Shown: positions 1 to 13,030 of the stretch, piece after piece | Numbering within the stretch: the stretch's first letter is position 1 | Layout: each line of letters begins with the position of its first letter | Assembly: GCF_001194135.2 (NCBI RefSeq) | Contig: NC_068996.1 | Span: forward strand, 18,078,942-18,142,941 | DNA from: Octopus bimaculoides | Taxonomy: Eukaryota | Reading direction: 5' to 3' | DNA: 64,000 bases | The notes under the pieces: generated by a model | The model's input: the letters and a program-made list of their open reading frames with translations, nothing else | What the model was told of the DNA's origin: nothing | Database searches by the model: none | Made by a program: the position numbers and the translations under genes

Positions 1-100
<100 letters not shown>

Positions 101-290
101 AAGCACTGTTGCTGGTGCCACATAGAAAGCATCCACTACACTCTGTGAAGTGGTTGGTGTTTGGAAGCGCATCCAGTTGTAGAAACCATGCTAAAACAAA
201 CTGCTAGAGTCTGGTGCAGCTCTCTGGCTTGCCAGCTCCTGTCAAACTGTCCAACCCATGCCCGCATGGAAAATGGATTTTAAATGATGA
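101..290 (+). mobile_element. RTE LINE 3'-end fragment (GGTTGGCATTAGGAAGGGCATCC family)
   Basis: Contains a degenerate core plus CCAACCCATGCC-GCATGGAAA tail. Confidence 0.6.
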
Positions 291-499
291 GCAGGATATA
301 GGTAGTGGATATTTGTGATGAGTGTGTACATAATCAGCACAGCAATTATGAGAATAGATTGTATGGGATGTGAGGCTTTAGAATGGACAATAGGTGGGTG
401 GTGATATGTATCTAGAGACTACAGGATAAACATAGAGGTTTGATGGTTGCAAGTGGGAAGGAAAAAAATGACAAAAGAGGTGTGTTCATTAAGCCTTGG

Positions 500-790
500 G
501 GAAAATGGATCTTCTGCAATACCAGATATCACCAGTCAACATGACCTAATCCTCTCCTTCGTCAGATGTAACATCTTAATCATTTTTCTCCATCTCATCC
601 TGAGTCTGCTTTGGTCTCCCACTTCTACATGTACTGTTCACTTGGAGTACTCAGCACCTTTTATGCAAATGTTATCCTCTGTTCACATCAGATTAATGCA
701 GTCTCCTCTCTTGCTTACTATAAGTGATTCTTCTTATAGCCAGTTTGTCTCTCAATTTATTTAGACTTCATCATTCATGTACATGAACAT
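500..790 (-). mobile_element. Degraded RTE-type LINE C-terminal fragment
   Basis: The reverse strand resembles the decayed 3' ORF end of the LINE at 49380-49700 (AGAAGTGGGAGACC, 'GRP'-like, region); multiple stops. Confidence 0.5.
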
Positions 791-2552
791 AGCATACCCA
801 ACAAAGCTTGTTCACTGTTTTTTTTTTTTTGTAAGCCTTCACACTTACACACAAGCATTATGCAATCTGCTTTGGTCTTTTTATTTTTTTGTCAATAGCT
901 AAGGCTGTACCCATGGTTCATGATAGGGCTTCAAAGACTGGTGGGAAGAAGGAAGGTTTCTTCAAATTGGTAATCTGGCCTGTATGCTTCCAATGGAATT
1001 GATTCCACTAAAGGCATGCAAGATGCCAGGTGGTGGTGTTAAAACAGGAAACAGGTTAGGTCCACCACCCAAGTAGAACATGGTGGGATTTAAACTCAGA
1101 ACAGATATCACAAGGCATCCAGTCTGAAGCTCCAATAATTCCACAAATCCACTAGCTTGGATTGGTATTTTTTGTTTTATTGACACCAAGCGGATGAAAG
1201 GAATAGTTGACTTTGACAGGATTTGAACTCAGAATGCAGAGAATACAAACACAAAACATTCTGTCTCATGCTCTGCCACTTTGTGGTTCATAGATTTTGT
1301 TAACTAAACGATCTAATTAGCAATGGGAATGAGTGTTCTGAAAGTATAGTGGCCAGAGAAAGATCAGGAAGCTATTATCTGTAACAAAGGGATTCTCTTT
1401 CTCAGAAAGGCAGAATGCATGATGCTCTAGGTGTGTAAAATTAGCATTTATGTATACCATTCTCATTATATGCTGCCATGAGTTGGATGGTTTGACAGAA
1501 GCTCTAGATCTGAATCACACTCCAGTGTCTGCGTTTGATCTGGTTTCTATGGTTGGATACCTTCTTTATGCTAACCACATTCTAGTGTGTGCAGAATGCA
1601 TTTTCCATGCCACCACCATTAGTGAGGAGTAGTATGTGACTGACAAGGTTGAGGGGCAATATACATACATACACACATACAAAGATATATATGAAGGAAT
1701 AAAAGGTTTTTAGTAGTGTACAGAATAGTGAAGGTACTATTTTTTTTCAGTTTATAAAGGTATAAAAGGTCTTTGAATTTCCTGCAGTATGTAACAAGAA
1801 ACACTGCTCAACTCTTTTGTTACTATACTTATGTTGAAACATACAGCCTTTGGTAAGGGTTAGGAATTGGTACCATTGGCAAGTCAATAGGGTCGATGTA
1901 ACAAATGAAACATTGAGGTTGATGTAATCAATTTAGCGTCTCCCCGAAATTGCTGGCCTTCTGCCAAAATTTGAAACCAGAAGAACCCCAGTAACAACAC
2001 TTCTTTAAAAATTAACACAGTTTTGTCATTGCATCACTGACTTGCATTATGTAGACAGTTTTTTGTTTTTTTTATGAGGTCTTATTTAGAATGAAAATTG
2101 TTGATTCATTTCAACAGAGTTTAGTCATGTTATAAATAGTTGCTTAAGGTGTGTCAGTAAAATGCAAAACCACTGAGATAACAGTTGCAAATATTAGTGA
2201 ATCATTACAATCACCACTGATTGTATCTGTGTGTGTGCACAAGCACATGTTCCTGTGTCACTGCATGACACCTTGGGCAAGTGTTTTCTACTCTAGCCCC
2301 GAGCTGACCTATGCCTTGTGAGTGAATTTGGTAGACAGAAGCTTAAAGAAGCCCATCATTTATGTGTGTGTGTGTGTCTTTTCTATTTCTTTTTCTCACT
2401 CCCCTAATGCTTTTCTTTTGTGGAGGACCAACATCTGAAATATTAAAACTCCCTTTTTCAAGTTCTAAGCTAATACAGTTTTTGTTAGACCTTGATTATT
2501 TTTATTGCTCATTACAGTGTGTGTATATGAGAGAGAGATAGTGTATGTATCC

Positions 2553-2899
2553 TGGCACTCTGTCAGTTACAATGATGAGGGTTCCGATTGATCCGATCAA
2601 CGGAACAGCCTGCTCGTGAAATTAACGTGCAAGTGGCTGAGCACTCCACAGACACATGTACCCTTAACATAGTTCTCGGGGATATTCAGCGTGATACAGT
2701 GTGACAAGGCTGACCCTTTGAATTAGAGGTACAACAGAAACAGGAAGTAAGAGTGAGAGAAAGTTGTGGTGAAAGAGTAAAGCAGGGTTCCCCACCATCC
2801 CCTACCGGAGCCTCGTGGAACTTTAGTTGTTTTCGCTCAATAAACACTCATTATGACCGCGAGTCCGCTGCCCTAACCATTGGGACATTGTGCCTCCAC
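2553..2899 (-). mobile_element. tRNA-derived SINE family A copy
   Basis: Reverse complement matches 15373-15712 (GTGGAGGC head; GTGGAGTGCTCAGCCACTTGCACGTTAATTT body). B-box region is deleted in this copy. Confidence 0.8.
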
Positions 2900-2981
2900 C
2901 ATGCCAGCATGGACAAACAATGTTAAATGATGATAATGATGAATAATCTAATATAATAATAAGCATAGTGTTTTTATATAT

Positions 2982-3038
<57 letters not shown>

Positions 3039-3084
3039 AACACACACAAATATATATATGTGTGTGTGTATATATATATATATA

Positions 3085-3234
3085 TCATCATCATCATCGT
3101 TTAACGTCCGCTTTCCATGCTAGCATGGGTTGGACGATTTGACTGAGGGCTGGTGAAACCGGATGGCAACACCAGGCTCCAATCTAATTTGGCAGAGTTT
3201 CTACAGCTGGATGCCCTTCCTAACGCCAACCACT
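3085..3234 (-). mobile_element. Young RTE LINE 3'-end copy with (ATG)n tail
   Basis: Only 3 differences from 15210-15357 over about 148 nt; abuts an N gap. Confidence 0.85.
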
Positions 3235-3251
3235 CAGAGAGTATATATATA

Positions 3252-3587
3252 NNNNNNNNNNNNNNNNNNNNNNNNNNNNNNNNNNNNNNNNNNNNNNNNN
3301 NNNNNNNNNNNNNNNNNNNNNNNNNNNNNNNNNNNNNNNNNNNNNNNNNNNNNNNNNNNNNNNNNNNNNNNNNNNNNNNNNNNNNNNNNNNNNNNNNNNN
3401 NNNNNNNNNNNNNNNNNNNNNNNNNNNNNNNNNNNNNNNNNNNNNNNNNNNNNNNNNNNNNNNNNNNNNNNNNNNNNNNNNNNNNNNNNNNNNNNNNNNN
3501 NNNNNNNNNNNNNNNNNNNNNNNNNNNNNNNNNNNNNNNNNNNNNNNNNNNNNNNNNNNNNNNNNNNNNNNNNNNNNNNNNNNNNNN
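3252..3587. other. Assembly gap (N)
   Basis: N run flanked by (TA)n. Confidence 1.
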
Positions 3588-6119
3588 ATATATATATATA
3601 TTTGTTCAGAGTCACGTCAGACGTGGAGGAGAAGAGAAAATAGTAATTCAGTGAAGGAGAAGCAGTGAGAGTAATAGCCCTAACTGAGAGGGAGTGAGAG
3701 AAAGGAAGGAGTGGATAGATGAATTAGGAAGGGAGGGGTGAAAAAAAATCAGCATTTCAACTCTGAGTGTGTGTGTGTGTACAAAGGAAATATGTGAATG
3801 TTTGTACATGTGATTATTTTATACCTTATTTATATATAAAATACTACAATTAGTCATCATTATTGATGGCACGTGGTCAGCTAGTTCCTAATAGTATTTG
3901 ATTATAAAAAATAGGATTTTTAAAACACTGAATGGTTGTAAGTGTCCACTTGAGTAAAATAGAAATCAAGTGTACCACTGATTTAGATACTAACTTTGTA
4001 TATTGAGAGAATAATGTAGGAGAGGTGGTTAAGCATTTTTTTTTTCAAGAAGCTTTTCTTATATGTATCAAAACAAAAGTGAATGTCATGAAAGGATTGA
4101 CTTGTATATAAATTTATCAGCAACAGGAGCAGTATTAGTTCAGAATAACATTCTGTATACCTTACTTTATGTGGTGTGGTATTCTTCTTGAGAAAGCATA
4201 TCATATAAATGTAGTGTTAAAAAGCACAGAAATATCAGCTACAGATGAAAAATGTCTTGCAGTAGAATTGCCAGGTTCAGAATTTCTGTATATTTGCATG
4301 TCACCTGTTAACTGCATGCTGAGACAAATTTTGCTTCTACCTTTATAGAAAAACAGTGATTAACAAATCACTAGTGTTGCAAATAGTAGGATGGATACAA
4401 ATTTGTTATTGGTCACAGAAGTATTATTAGTACCAAATAGTAATCTGTATATCTTAACGTGAATATACTGTAAGAAAGTCCCAACACTGCCATTTGCGAC
4501 GTTAGTGATTTGTTACTCACTGTTTCTCTGTACCAGTGGAAATAAAATTTTTCTGAGCATGTTGTTGATAGTGGATACATGCTTCTGATGACATGTAAAT
4601 ATTCAGGATTCTCCAGAATCCAGCAATTCCACTGCCACTGCTGGATACTTTTCACCTGCAACATGTACCTCTGTGCTTTTTTTTCTTTTAGCACTGTACA
4701 TTTATATGAGATATTTTCTCAAGATGAATACTGCAGTATTGTGGTTTTCTTACAGCATATTCACCTTAAGTAATATATACAAAATGCTATTCGTAACATG
4801 ATTATTTGTACATTGTTTATATTTCATGCTTCTTATTTTTTGTGTCTCTTAGAAGTTATATTCATGTGCTGATTAAATGAAATTATTATTACTATTAATA
4901 TTTTTATTATCAAAACTGTTATCAATATTGAGGGTGCAAAGTCTAGTTACCTAGTATAAGAGAGGTTATAAGAAAATTTGTCAGGGATAGCAATTTCAGA
5001 CTGACACTAATAATCCCTATGAAAGTTAACAGGAGAATAAACCAAAAAAATTCTTTGCTTTTGTTATTAGTGACTGGGGCTCATTGGAAGCAGCTAAGAC
5101 ATACTTTGAACAGGTTAACGAATTCAACTATAGTTACACGCAGACAGGAAGGATTTGGTACAAGATACTGAGGTAGGCAAGAATTGTGAGAGGAAACAAA
5201 CACAATCAGAAAGACATAGTGATTGAGGTGTCAAGCTATATTTTGGACAAATATAGAGGTGAAGTTGAGATCATTTTTCATTAGTAATGTGAGTTATGTG
5301 CATAAATAAGAGAACTAAACTAGTTGTGACATGTTGGCACCAGTCAGATTCTTTCTCCTGATTTTCCCTGAGGAGATTCATAAATGGTAACTGATAGTTG
5401 GCTTCAATGGTCTCATGAGCATTTGAAGTGCAGGTGATTGTAATTCTACACTTACCATCTATTTCTTTTCAATTTGTTAGTGTGTAAACTCATTTAATAG
5501 GCTGATTGAATTATAACAGCTGTTATTTCTAGCAATTTAAGTGACAGCATAGAGGATTCTTTGAGTGGCATTTGTGAACATTACTCTGTGTGTGTGTGGG
5601 AGAGAGAAAGAACAGTATGTCTATTTGTGTGTAGAGAAAACAATGCTGGATTAATTTTGAAGATGATAATTCTAAGATCCACTGGATAAGAAGGTAGTGT
5701 ATAATCCTGCAGTTGTCGAAATAGACTTAAATTTCTGACAGTAGATATAGCTATTGTAGTAACGAAGTGGTGGTGTTGTGATTATACGTTTCCTTCTACT
5801 CAATGGTGCTTAGAGAATTATTGTCTCTTTCAAAATGATGGTGTAGCAACTGAAAGTGGTGAGTGGATTAGCAGAATCATTAGAGCATGATTTACAGTGC
5901 CTTGTAATATTTTTTTCTGATTGTGATTGATTTAATCAGCTGATCCATTGTATCCTTTTGCTTGTCAGAAATCATTACTAGTGATAACTAGTTGTAATAG
6001 TAGTGGTAATAGTAATTTTAATTCTGTTTATGATGATAGTAATGGTGGTAGCAGTTGTACTGTAGTTGTAGTTATTCTGTTGTTACTACTTGTAATTGTT
6101 AAACAGTTGTACTATGAGC

Positions 6120-6432
6120 GGGGGGCACGTGAAAAGACATTCGAGCAAGATCGTTGCCAGTGCCAATGGACTGGCTCCTGTGCAGGTGGCACGTAAAATA
6201 CACAATTTTGAGCGTAGCCATTGCCAGTACCGCCTGACTGGTCCTCGTGTCAGTGGCACGTAAAACACCCACTACACTCTTGGAGTAGTTGGCATTAGGA
6301 AGGGCATCCAGCTGTAGAAACTCTGCCAAATCAGATTGGAGCCTGGTGTAGCCATCTGGTTTCACCAATCCTCAGTCAAATCATCCAACCCATGCTAGCA
6401 TGGAAAGCAGACGTTAAACGATGCTGATGATG
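6120..6432 (+). mobile_element. RTE LINE 3'-UTR copy including GGCACGTAAAA sub-repeats
   Basis: Core, tail ending GATGATG, and upstream GCCAGT...GGCACGT repeats similar to 49165-49330 on the opposite strand. Confidence 0.8.
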
Positions 6433-7298
6433 ATGTTGCAGGTGAGAAGAAATCAACAAAGTATCAATCAAGTACTGAAGTTAATTCAGTGCCCTTAATT
6501 CTTAATACCAACCCACCTGAAACTGCCCTTCCTCCTATCATACAGATTCCTTGTTTTGAATTAAAGCCTCCCATCAAAATTCCATAATTTAAGTTCCAAA
6601 CACCAGCTTAATAATGACAGATATTTTACTAAATTCCATGTTTTCTAAATTGCAACAAAGGTAATTTGTCTCAACAGAAGTGTATAAAAGGGTTAAATTC
6701 TCAGTTATACAACCTTATTAATGTTGCTGAAATAACAGCAAGAGATGGCATAGTTAGAATGCTGAACAAAATCCTGTGTACATTACCTTCAGCTCCAGCA
6801 GAGCACTATTGTCTTTTGGAGATGCTATTTGTGTAATTTAAGAAATAAGAAAAAATGTGTTCTTCAGTTGCCACAAAAGAAAATTTAAAACAGTCAGGAT
6901 CAAGTGATCAAGTAGAAATTGTATAAAACCTGTTACACAGGAATATGTCTGCAATGAGAAAGTGATAATGCTTGAAATACAGTTGACAACCACTGTGTGT
7001 ATAATTTAATTTGGGTGTTAATCTTGGAGTTTAATTCTAAGTTCAGCCACAGGTCCAGACAGAAATTTATGCCTGAAAATCCACAAATATTTGTAGTTTT
7101 ACAATTAAAAACAAGCAGAATGGAGTTGGCAAGTGCTTTCATTACATCAATTTACAATTGTTTTATCTGCATTCAATCTTGTGAATAATGTTGTGAAATA
7201 ATGACCAACTTTTCTTTCAAATGTGTTAAAGATTTTTTTCATATTACTTATTGGTTCTTTGCATTTGGTTTGAAATAAAACAGTTCCTACGTCTTTAA

Positions 7299-7519
7299 CC
7301 CTTTAGCATTTAAACCGGCCATATCCGGCCAAAAGTATTCTGCCTATTCTATCTTCAAACTGGCCAGATCTGGTCTTTCACACCAACCCTACAATATGGT
7401 TTTAAAAATTAACAGTTACCTCATCAAAGTCTCATAGCTATGAGATAATGCTTGATTAGTTCAAAACAATGTGAATAAAAAAGCATTAATTATGGCAGAA
7501 TAATGTGAACACTAAAGGG
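7299..7519 (+). mobile_element. piggyBac-like MITE
   Basis: TTAA|CCCTTTAG ... CTAAAGGG|TTAA, i.e. TTAA TSD and CCC termini; 221 bp; no ORF. Confidence 0.8.
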
Positions 7520-7531
7520 TTAAATCTGACA

Positions 7532-7725
7532 CTTTGTTACTTGTTTCAATCATTTGACTGTGGCCATGCTGGAGCACCTTTAGTCGAGCAAATTGACCCC
7601 AGGACTTATTCTTTGTAAGCCTAGTACTTATTCTATCGATCCCTTTTGGCGAACCACTAAATTACGGGAACATAAACACAACAGCATCAGTTGTCAAGCG
7701 ATGTTGGGGGGACAAACACACACAA

Positions 7726-7784
<59 letters not shown>

Positions 7785-7952
7785 TACATACACGATGGGC
7801 TTCTTTCAGTTTTTGTGTACCAAATCCACTCACTAGGCTTTGGTCGGCTCAAGGCTATAGTAGAAGATACTTGCCCAATGTGTCACGCAGTGGGACTGAA
7901 CCCAGAACCATGTGGTTGGTAAGCTACTTACCACACAGCCACTTCTACGCCT
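7532..7952 (-). mobile_element. tRNA/CORE-like SINE family C with internal microsatellite
   Basis: Reverse complement aligns end to end with 36983-37365. Confidence 0.85.
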
Positions 7953-10900
7953 ACTTCAAAACTTTTATTTTCAAGTTATTGTTTCAATTGCATCTTGCTT
8001 GTGAATGGTCACTACTAATTTGCAAAGGATGGGTCTTGGAAATAATTATATATGAAATCCTGTCAGTATCATATATTTGTGACAAATCTGTATATTTTGT
8101 TATTAATAAAACTTCCATAGGTATTCTAATTTTATTGGGATTCCATGTAAAATTGTAGTGCTGCCAATTACTGCTTTTTATTGTGTGGTCATTGTTCAAC
8201 GGCTCATTTGTGTAAATGCATGTTCACCCAACATCCATCTCTCTCTTACACACACAAGTGCATGTATATATATTCAAACATACAGCTAATATATTCCTAC
8301 AGCATATGTAGTCAACTAGATACATAAATAAATGAAAACCTGTTAACCAGACTACCCTGAACCCATTGACAACTCTGATAGGTTTTTGTGGCAACACCTA
8401 TGTTGCTCACAAAGTTCATGGCTTCAACTTGGAACTGATATAAGAATTCTTTCCAAATATCTAGAAAGTTCCAAAACTGTAACAGGTTACAGAAGTAATA
8501 CACACACAGGGAGATTAACCAAAAGTCTGCTCAATGGAATGAATGAGGGTGAGAGCTAATGCTCTACAATTATCATAGTAATACGAGAATAAGAATTTAG
8601 ATTAATCAGATTCAAATCTTTCTTTCTCTGTCTCTTACTCATATTTATAGCAGCACTGACAAAAACATGCTTCAAATAAAAATAATTTTCAATACAAAGG
8701 AAAGCCAGTAATGAAAGCTCAACAGTAACCCCCCCTCCACACACATGCATGCTTGATCACGTATATGACACCTGGTAAAGTAGAAAAAGGATGTGGGTGG
8801 GGAGGAGAAATCGTTGCAGACTGGGAAACCAATAAAGGCTAAAGTGGTGTGACAAGAAATATGACTAAAACTATTGGATGATTTTATTAACAAAAGACCC
8901 TCCCAAAGTACAGAACACATGCAATATATGTATATTTATATAACAAGATATATATACATATGCCCGCATGTTTATATTTTTGTGTGTATACATACACATG
9001 TATGCATTTGTATGTTTATTAGGGTCATGAATTTTCAGAGTTATAAGCGCACAAGACAATGTTTTGTAGTCTTCTCTGTGTTCAAATCTTGCCATGGTCA
9101 ACTTTATTTTTCATTCCTTCAGGAGTTGATAATGTACCTTTGCAGTGGACAGGTGGAACTTAGAAGGATCTCTTGTATATGTTTCAGCTCTTTACATTCT
9201 GATTTCAAATCCTGCCAAGACCCACGCGTCTGGTACTAACACTAACGTCTAACACCGTTATCTTTAGCAGGACCTGCTCTGTGGTAAGCATTTAGGCTCA
9301 GTTTCTAGTTTCGTGATGCCCTCTCCCCTCCTTTCCACCATCCTTAGAGACCATGTGGAGTCAATGGTACTACCATCTGTCCACTAAAAAAAAAAAAAAA
9401 ATCATAGCTAAACATAAAGCGTAAATTATTTAACTTGACAGCTGAATAACACACACACCCACACACAGTATAAGTAGCAGATTTATCATAAGTACTGAGA
9501 TAAATTTGATTGCATATACTCAAGGTAATGTACTGTATTGCTGCAGTCCAGTAACTGAAACCAATAAAAGCATATGTATATAGGTAGGTGTTTGTGTGTC
9601 TATATACATATTTATTAATTTGTTTTACGTCTGTTTTTCCATGCTGTTATGGGTTAGATTAATGAATATTATTGAGGCATTGTTTCACTGTTCGATGCTC
9701 TTCCCGTTACTCACGCTTAATCTATTTGAAGGTATTTTTTGCAATCCACTGTTTTAGAAAATCAAGTGGATGATTTTGTTGACATGGAATTTTGACAAAT
9801 GCAAAATTTCCAGCTCAACAATTTACACACACACACGATAAGGCTTCTGTTTGTCTAGGTCACTCACCTAGCATTTGATGGCTCAGAGGTAGTGTAGCAT
9901 AGTAAGGAGTTAAAATGAAACACGTGGTTGGGAAGAGACCTAAAAACCATACAGCCGATAGCCGTTTGTGTGTGTGTATTTCCACTCCTATTTTCCCATC
10001 TTAAACTTTCACTAAGCCTCAATCAAATGCATTTAGTGCGTATGTCTAATTGACTTTTTATTTTTGACTTGCCTACACACAAATGCTTAGAACCGATTTG
10101 TAGCCTAGAAAATTTTTTTTGGAATTAATACATTACGTATGAATATGCCTGTGCATTTTCACACTTTTGATTTGGTCCTTTCTATCTGGTTTTGTGAATC
10201 CTAGTTTCTCGAACTTTGGTACCGAGGCAGTTAGTCACGCAATCATTCGTGTGCTACAATTATTGGTAGAAATATAAAACTATAATGTCCGGATGGCATT
10301 ACTGCAGTTTTCTCGATAGTCCAGTTGTATAGATATATTCATTGTCACATCTGTTGTTCAACTACTGTGCTTCTAGTTTCTTTCTACTGTCCGAGATCGT
10401 TATGTATTGTTAGGTTTACATTTTATTGATGTCTTGACTGACACATTCCACCAGTACTAGTACTCTGGTTAGGTTCACCACACCATTGTACCTTCTTACG
10501 TGACTCCTCGAGTTTATCTTTTTTGCAGGTTTCGTTAATTATATAGTGATTTAGCTGCAACATCATAGTATATAGGTAGGTAATACGATTAGGATATTTT
10601 TGATGTGGGTGAGGTCTGCAGTAGGTTTTGCTGCATTTAGGTAGTTTATCTACACCATATTCCTTCTGCGAACCAGGTATTTTGTGATTATTTGTGTTGC
10701 AAAAGTATAGTTTTCAGAATGAGAGCCAACATCACGTAGTAATTGATGTTTGCTGTCAATTGGAAAAAGCTTTTTGAGAATAAAGCTATGCTTGTTCTAT
10801 ATACAACTCTTTTTAAAGGAGCTGTATAGTATAGTTGTACAACTCACCGTCTTGAAATTTTTTGTGAGAAGTCCATCTCGTGTGATCTGTTAGTATGCAT

Positions 10901-11966
10901 GCGCGATGTTTGTGTATACATTATATTCGCGCGTAAAAATACTTATACACTTGTATAACCATTCGCAGAAATATTACAGCTTATCAGCTATTATTTCTTT
11001 GTCTTGACTCTCCACCCCACAATAATATACTTTTTTTTTTGTTTTGTCTTATATCAACAATGGGTTATCGTTAGCTCCAACTGATAGATATATTAGTGGA
11101 AGGTTTATGAAGTCACCCTCTCAGTCACTGATTTGCGCTTCGGATTAGTGTAATCAATTGGTGAATATTATACCTTCAAAATGTGATAGCGTAGAACCAG
11201 AGAGAAGTAGGTTGTTGGTGCAAACCACGTGACTTGGGCTATCTTATTAAACACTCAAAAACTGTATACATTTATTGTGCTTCAGTACAGTATAGATACT
11301 TTAATGAGAAAGTTAACTAAAACACCTTGACCTTCATTGATAAAGTAGGAGCCAAAATGAAATGTATTTTACAGGAAACTCGTTACTTCAATTAATGTAT
11401 TATTTAATTGCAATTACAAAATAAATACCTTAAACTTGTCATTGATGCAAATAATGCCACGCATTCATCCTCCTCCTCACTTTAATTTACATATAAAACA
11501 TCTAAGTTTGTTCTCGTCGAAATTTAGGGCTGTATACGAAGAATTCAAATTGTATATTAGCGGATATCATTACATTGACTATATTTTTATCTGTAGACTT
11601 GCAGCTTGTACATTAGAAATAATCTAGTTCTTTATTAGCTTAGTAATACGGCATTTTATAGGCCGGTCGTTTGATGTCGAACAAAATGAGTTCCGAACTA
11701 ATTAAGCTTTGTCATTTGTCTTTCTGGGGTCGATTGATATAAAATAAACTACCAGTCAAGTTGGGGATCAAATTACCGATAGTAGCTTTGATCTTTGTTA
11801 GAAAATGATTTACAGTGCATGATATATAACAATATGAAATTAATCTCTCTCTCTCTCCACACACACATAAAACCTATGAATGTTTATTGGTGCATGCATC
11901 AGGTTATTGAAGAGATATGGATGTGACATTCAAAGGTTGTGTGTACATATGTATCTATATATGTTT

Positions 11967-12324
11967 ATAAATATATAGGGATTGACAGTAACCTGCTTCT
12001 CCAACATACTGAGAATTCAGAAATAGCAGCCAAAGAACTACTGATTCCAAAACTACAAATTTTACTCTAAATTGATAGCGATATTTCTGATACACAGAAC
12101 AAAAAACAGTAGAGAAGAGTAAAAAAACAACTTGCCTTTTTTTTACTCTTCTCTTTTTTTTTTTTTTTACTCTTCTCTACTGTTTTTTGTTCTGTGTGTA
12201 TCAGAAATATCGCTACCAAAGTAGAGTAAAATTTGTAGTTTTGGAATCAGTAGTTCTTTGGCTGCTATTTCTGAATTCTCAGTATGTTGGAGAAGCAGGT
12301 TATTATCAATCCCTATATATTTAT
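11967..12324. mobile_element. Fold-back MITE / long inverted repeat
   Basis: ATAAATATATAGGGATTGA...TCAATCCCTATATATTTAT; about 160-bp arms, near-perfect, TA-rich ends. Confidence 0.85.
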
Positions 12325-12719
12325 GATTATAAATGATTTTACCGATAAGGTTTTTTCATACTGGGCTACCCGGCAAAATTGTTAGTTATTAATTTTATTA
12401 CTAATTGACGATTCCCTGCCCTGTATATCTATATATATGTTTATATGTATGTGTATGTATACGTGCATCTGTGTTACATACTTGCGCATTCACAGTGGTA
12501 ATAAACATGGTTAAGAGTAATCGATAGCACAAAAGCTAATAATATAAATTGAAATTTTACGCCATCGTTACTCGAGGTTTGCGTCTATTACTTTTAGATT
12601 TCATTTAAAGGTTTTATTAGTTTATATATATCGTGTATTTGTAATGTAATTTCTTAGATTGCTTAACAGGATTTGTATTTGCAGTTTGTAAATACGGCTG
12701 GTGCCGACATTAATTAGTT

Positions 12720-13030
12720 CGTGTTTTTTATAAGTGGTGTGTGTGTGTGAGAGAGAGAAGGAGGGAGAGACTCGCTGTTTAGCAGGTTGGTTCACGTTAT
12801 CCCCTTTCGTCAGCTTCTTTTCCGTTAGCGAGCATACTTTGTCCCCACACTCTCGCGCTTTTGTGTGTGTATGTATGTGTGTGAGAAAGAGAGAGAGAGA
12901 AGGAACATTTATATTGCTGGTTTCACCAGAAGCAAGAATAGGTTGATTTATATTTACGAGTGCCTTCAGTTATGGTTACTCCCGGATGAGAGTAACCATT
13001 TAATCCCAGTATATAAAATAAGGTTGTCGG
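12720..13030 (+). promoter_or_regulatory. Putative non-coding first exon / TSS region of dom
   Basis: CpG-containing, GA/GT-repeat-rich segment ending at TCGG|GTTAGT, the same donor hexamer as used at 34274. The next acceptor (14558) precedes the ATG. The start coordinate is a guess. Confidence 0.35.

Noticed and set aside
2553-3234. Idea that RTE tail plus SINE A form one composite mobile unit at both 2.5-3.2 kb and 15.2-15.7 kb
   Set aside because: Spacer sequences differ and another tail fragment in the opposite orientation lies between them at the first locus; shared preference for microsatellites is simpler.
3153-3668. Long ORF-track entries at 3153-3668 and 55586-56123
   Set aside because: They only span N gaps.
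10423-10713. 96-codon stop-free minus frame (KLYFCNTNNHKIPGSQKEYGVDKLPKC...GGMCQSRHQ)
   Set aside because: No recognisable domain, only a late Met and no convincing splice sites; such lengths can occur by chance. Worth one BLAST if the divergent transcript is confirmed.
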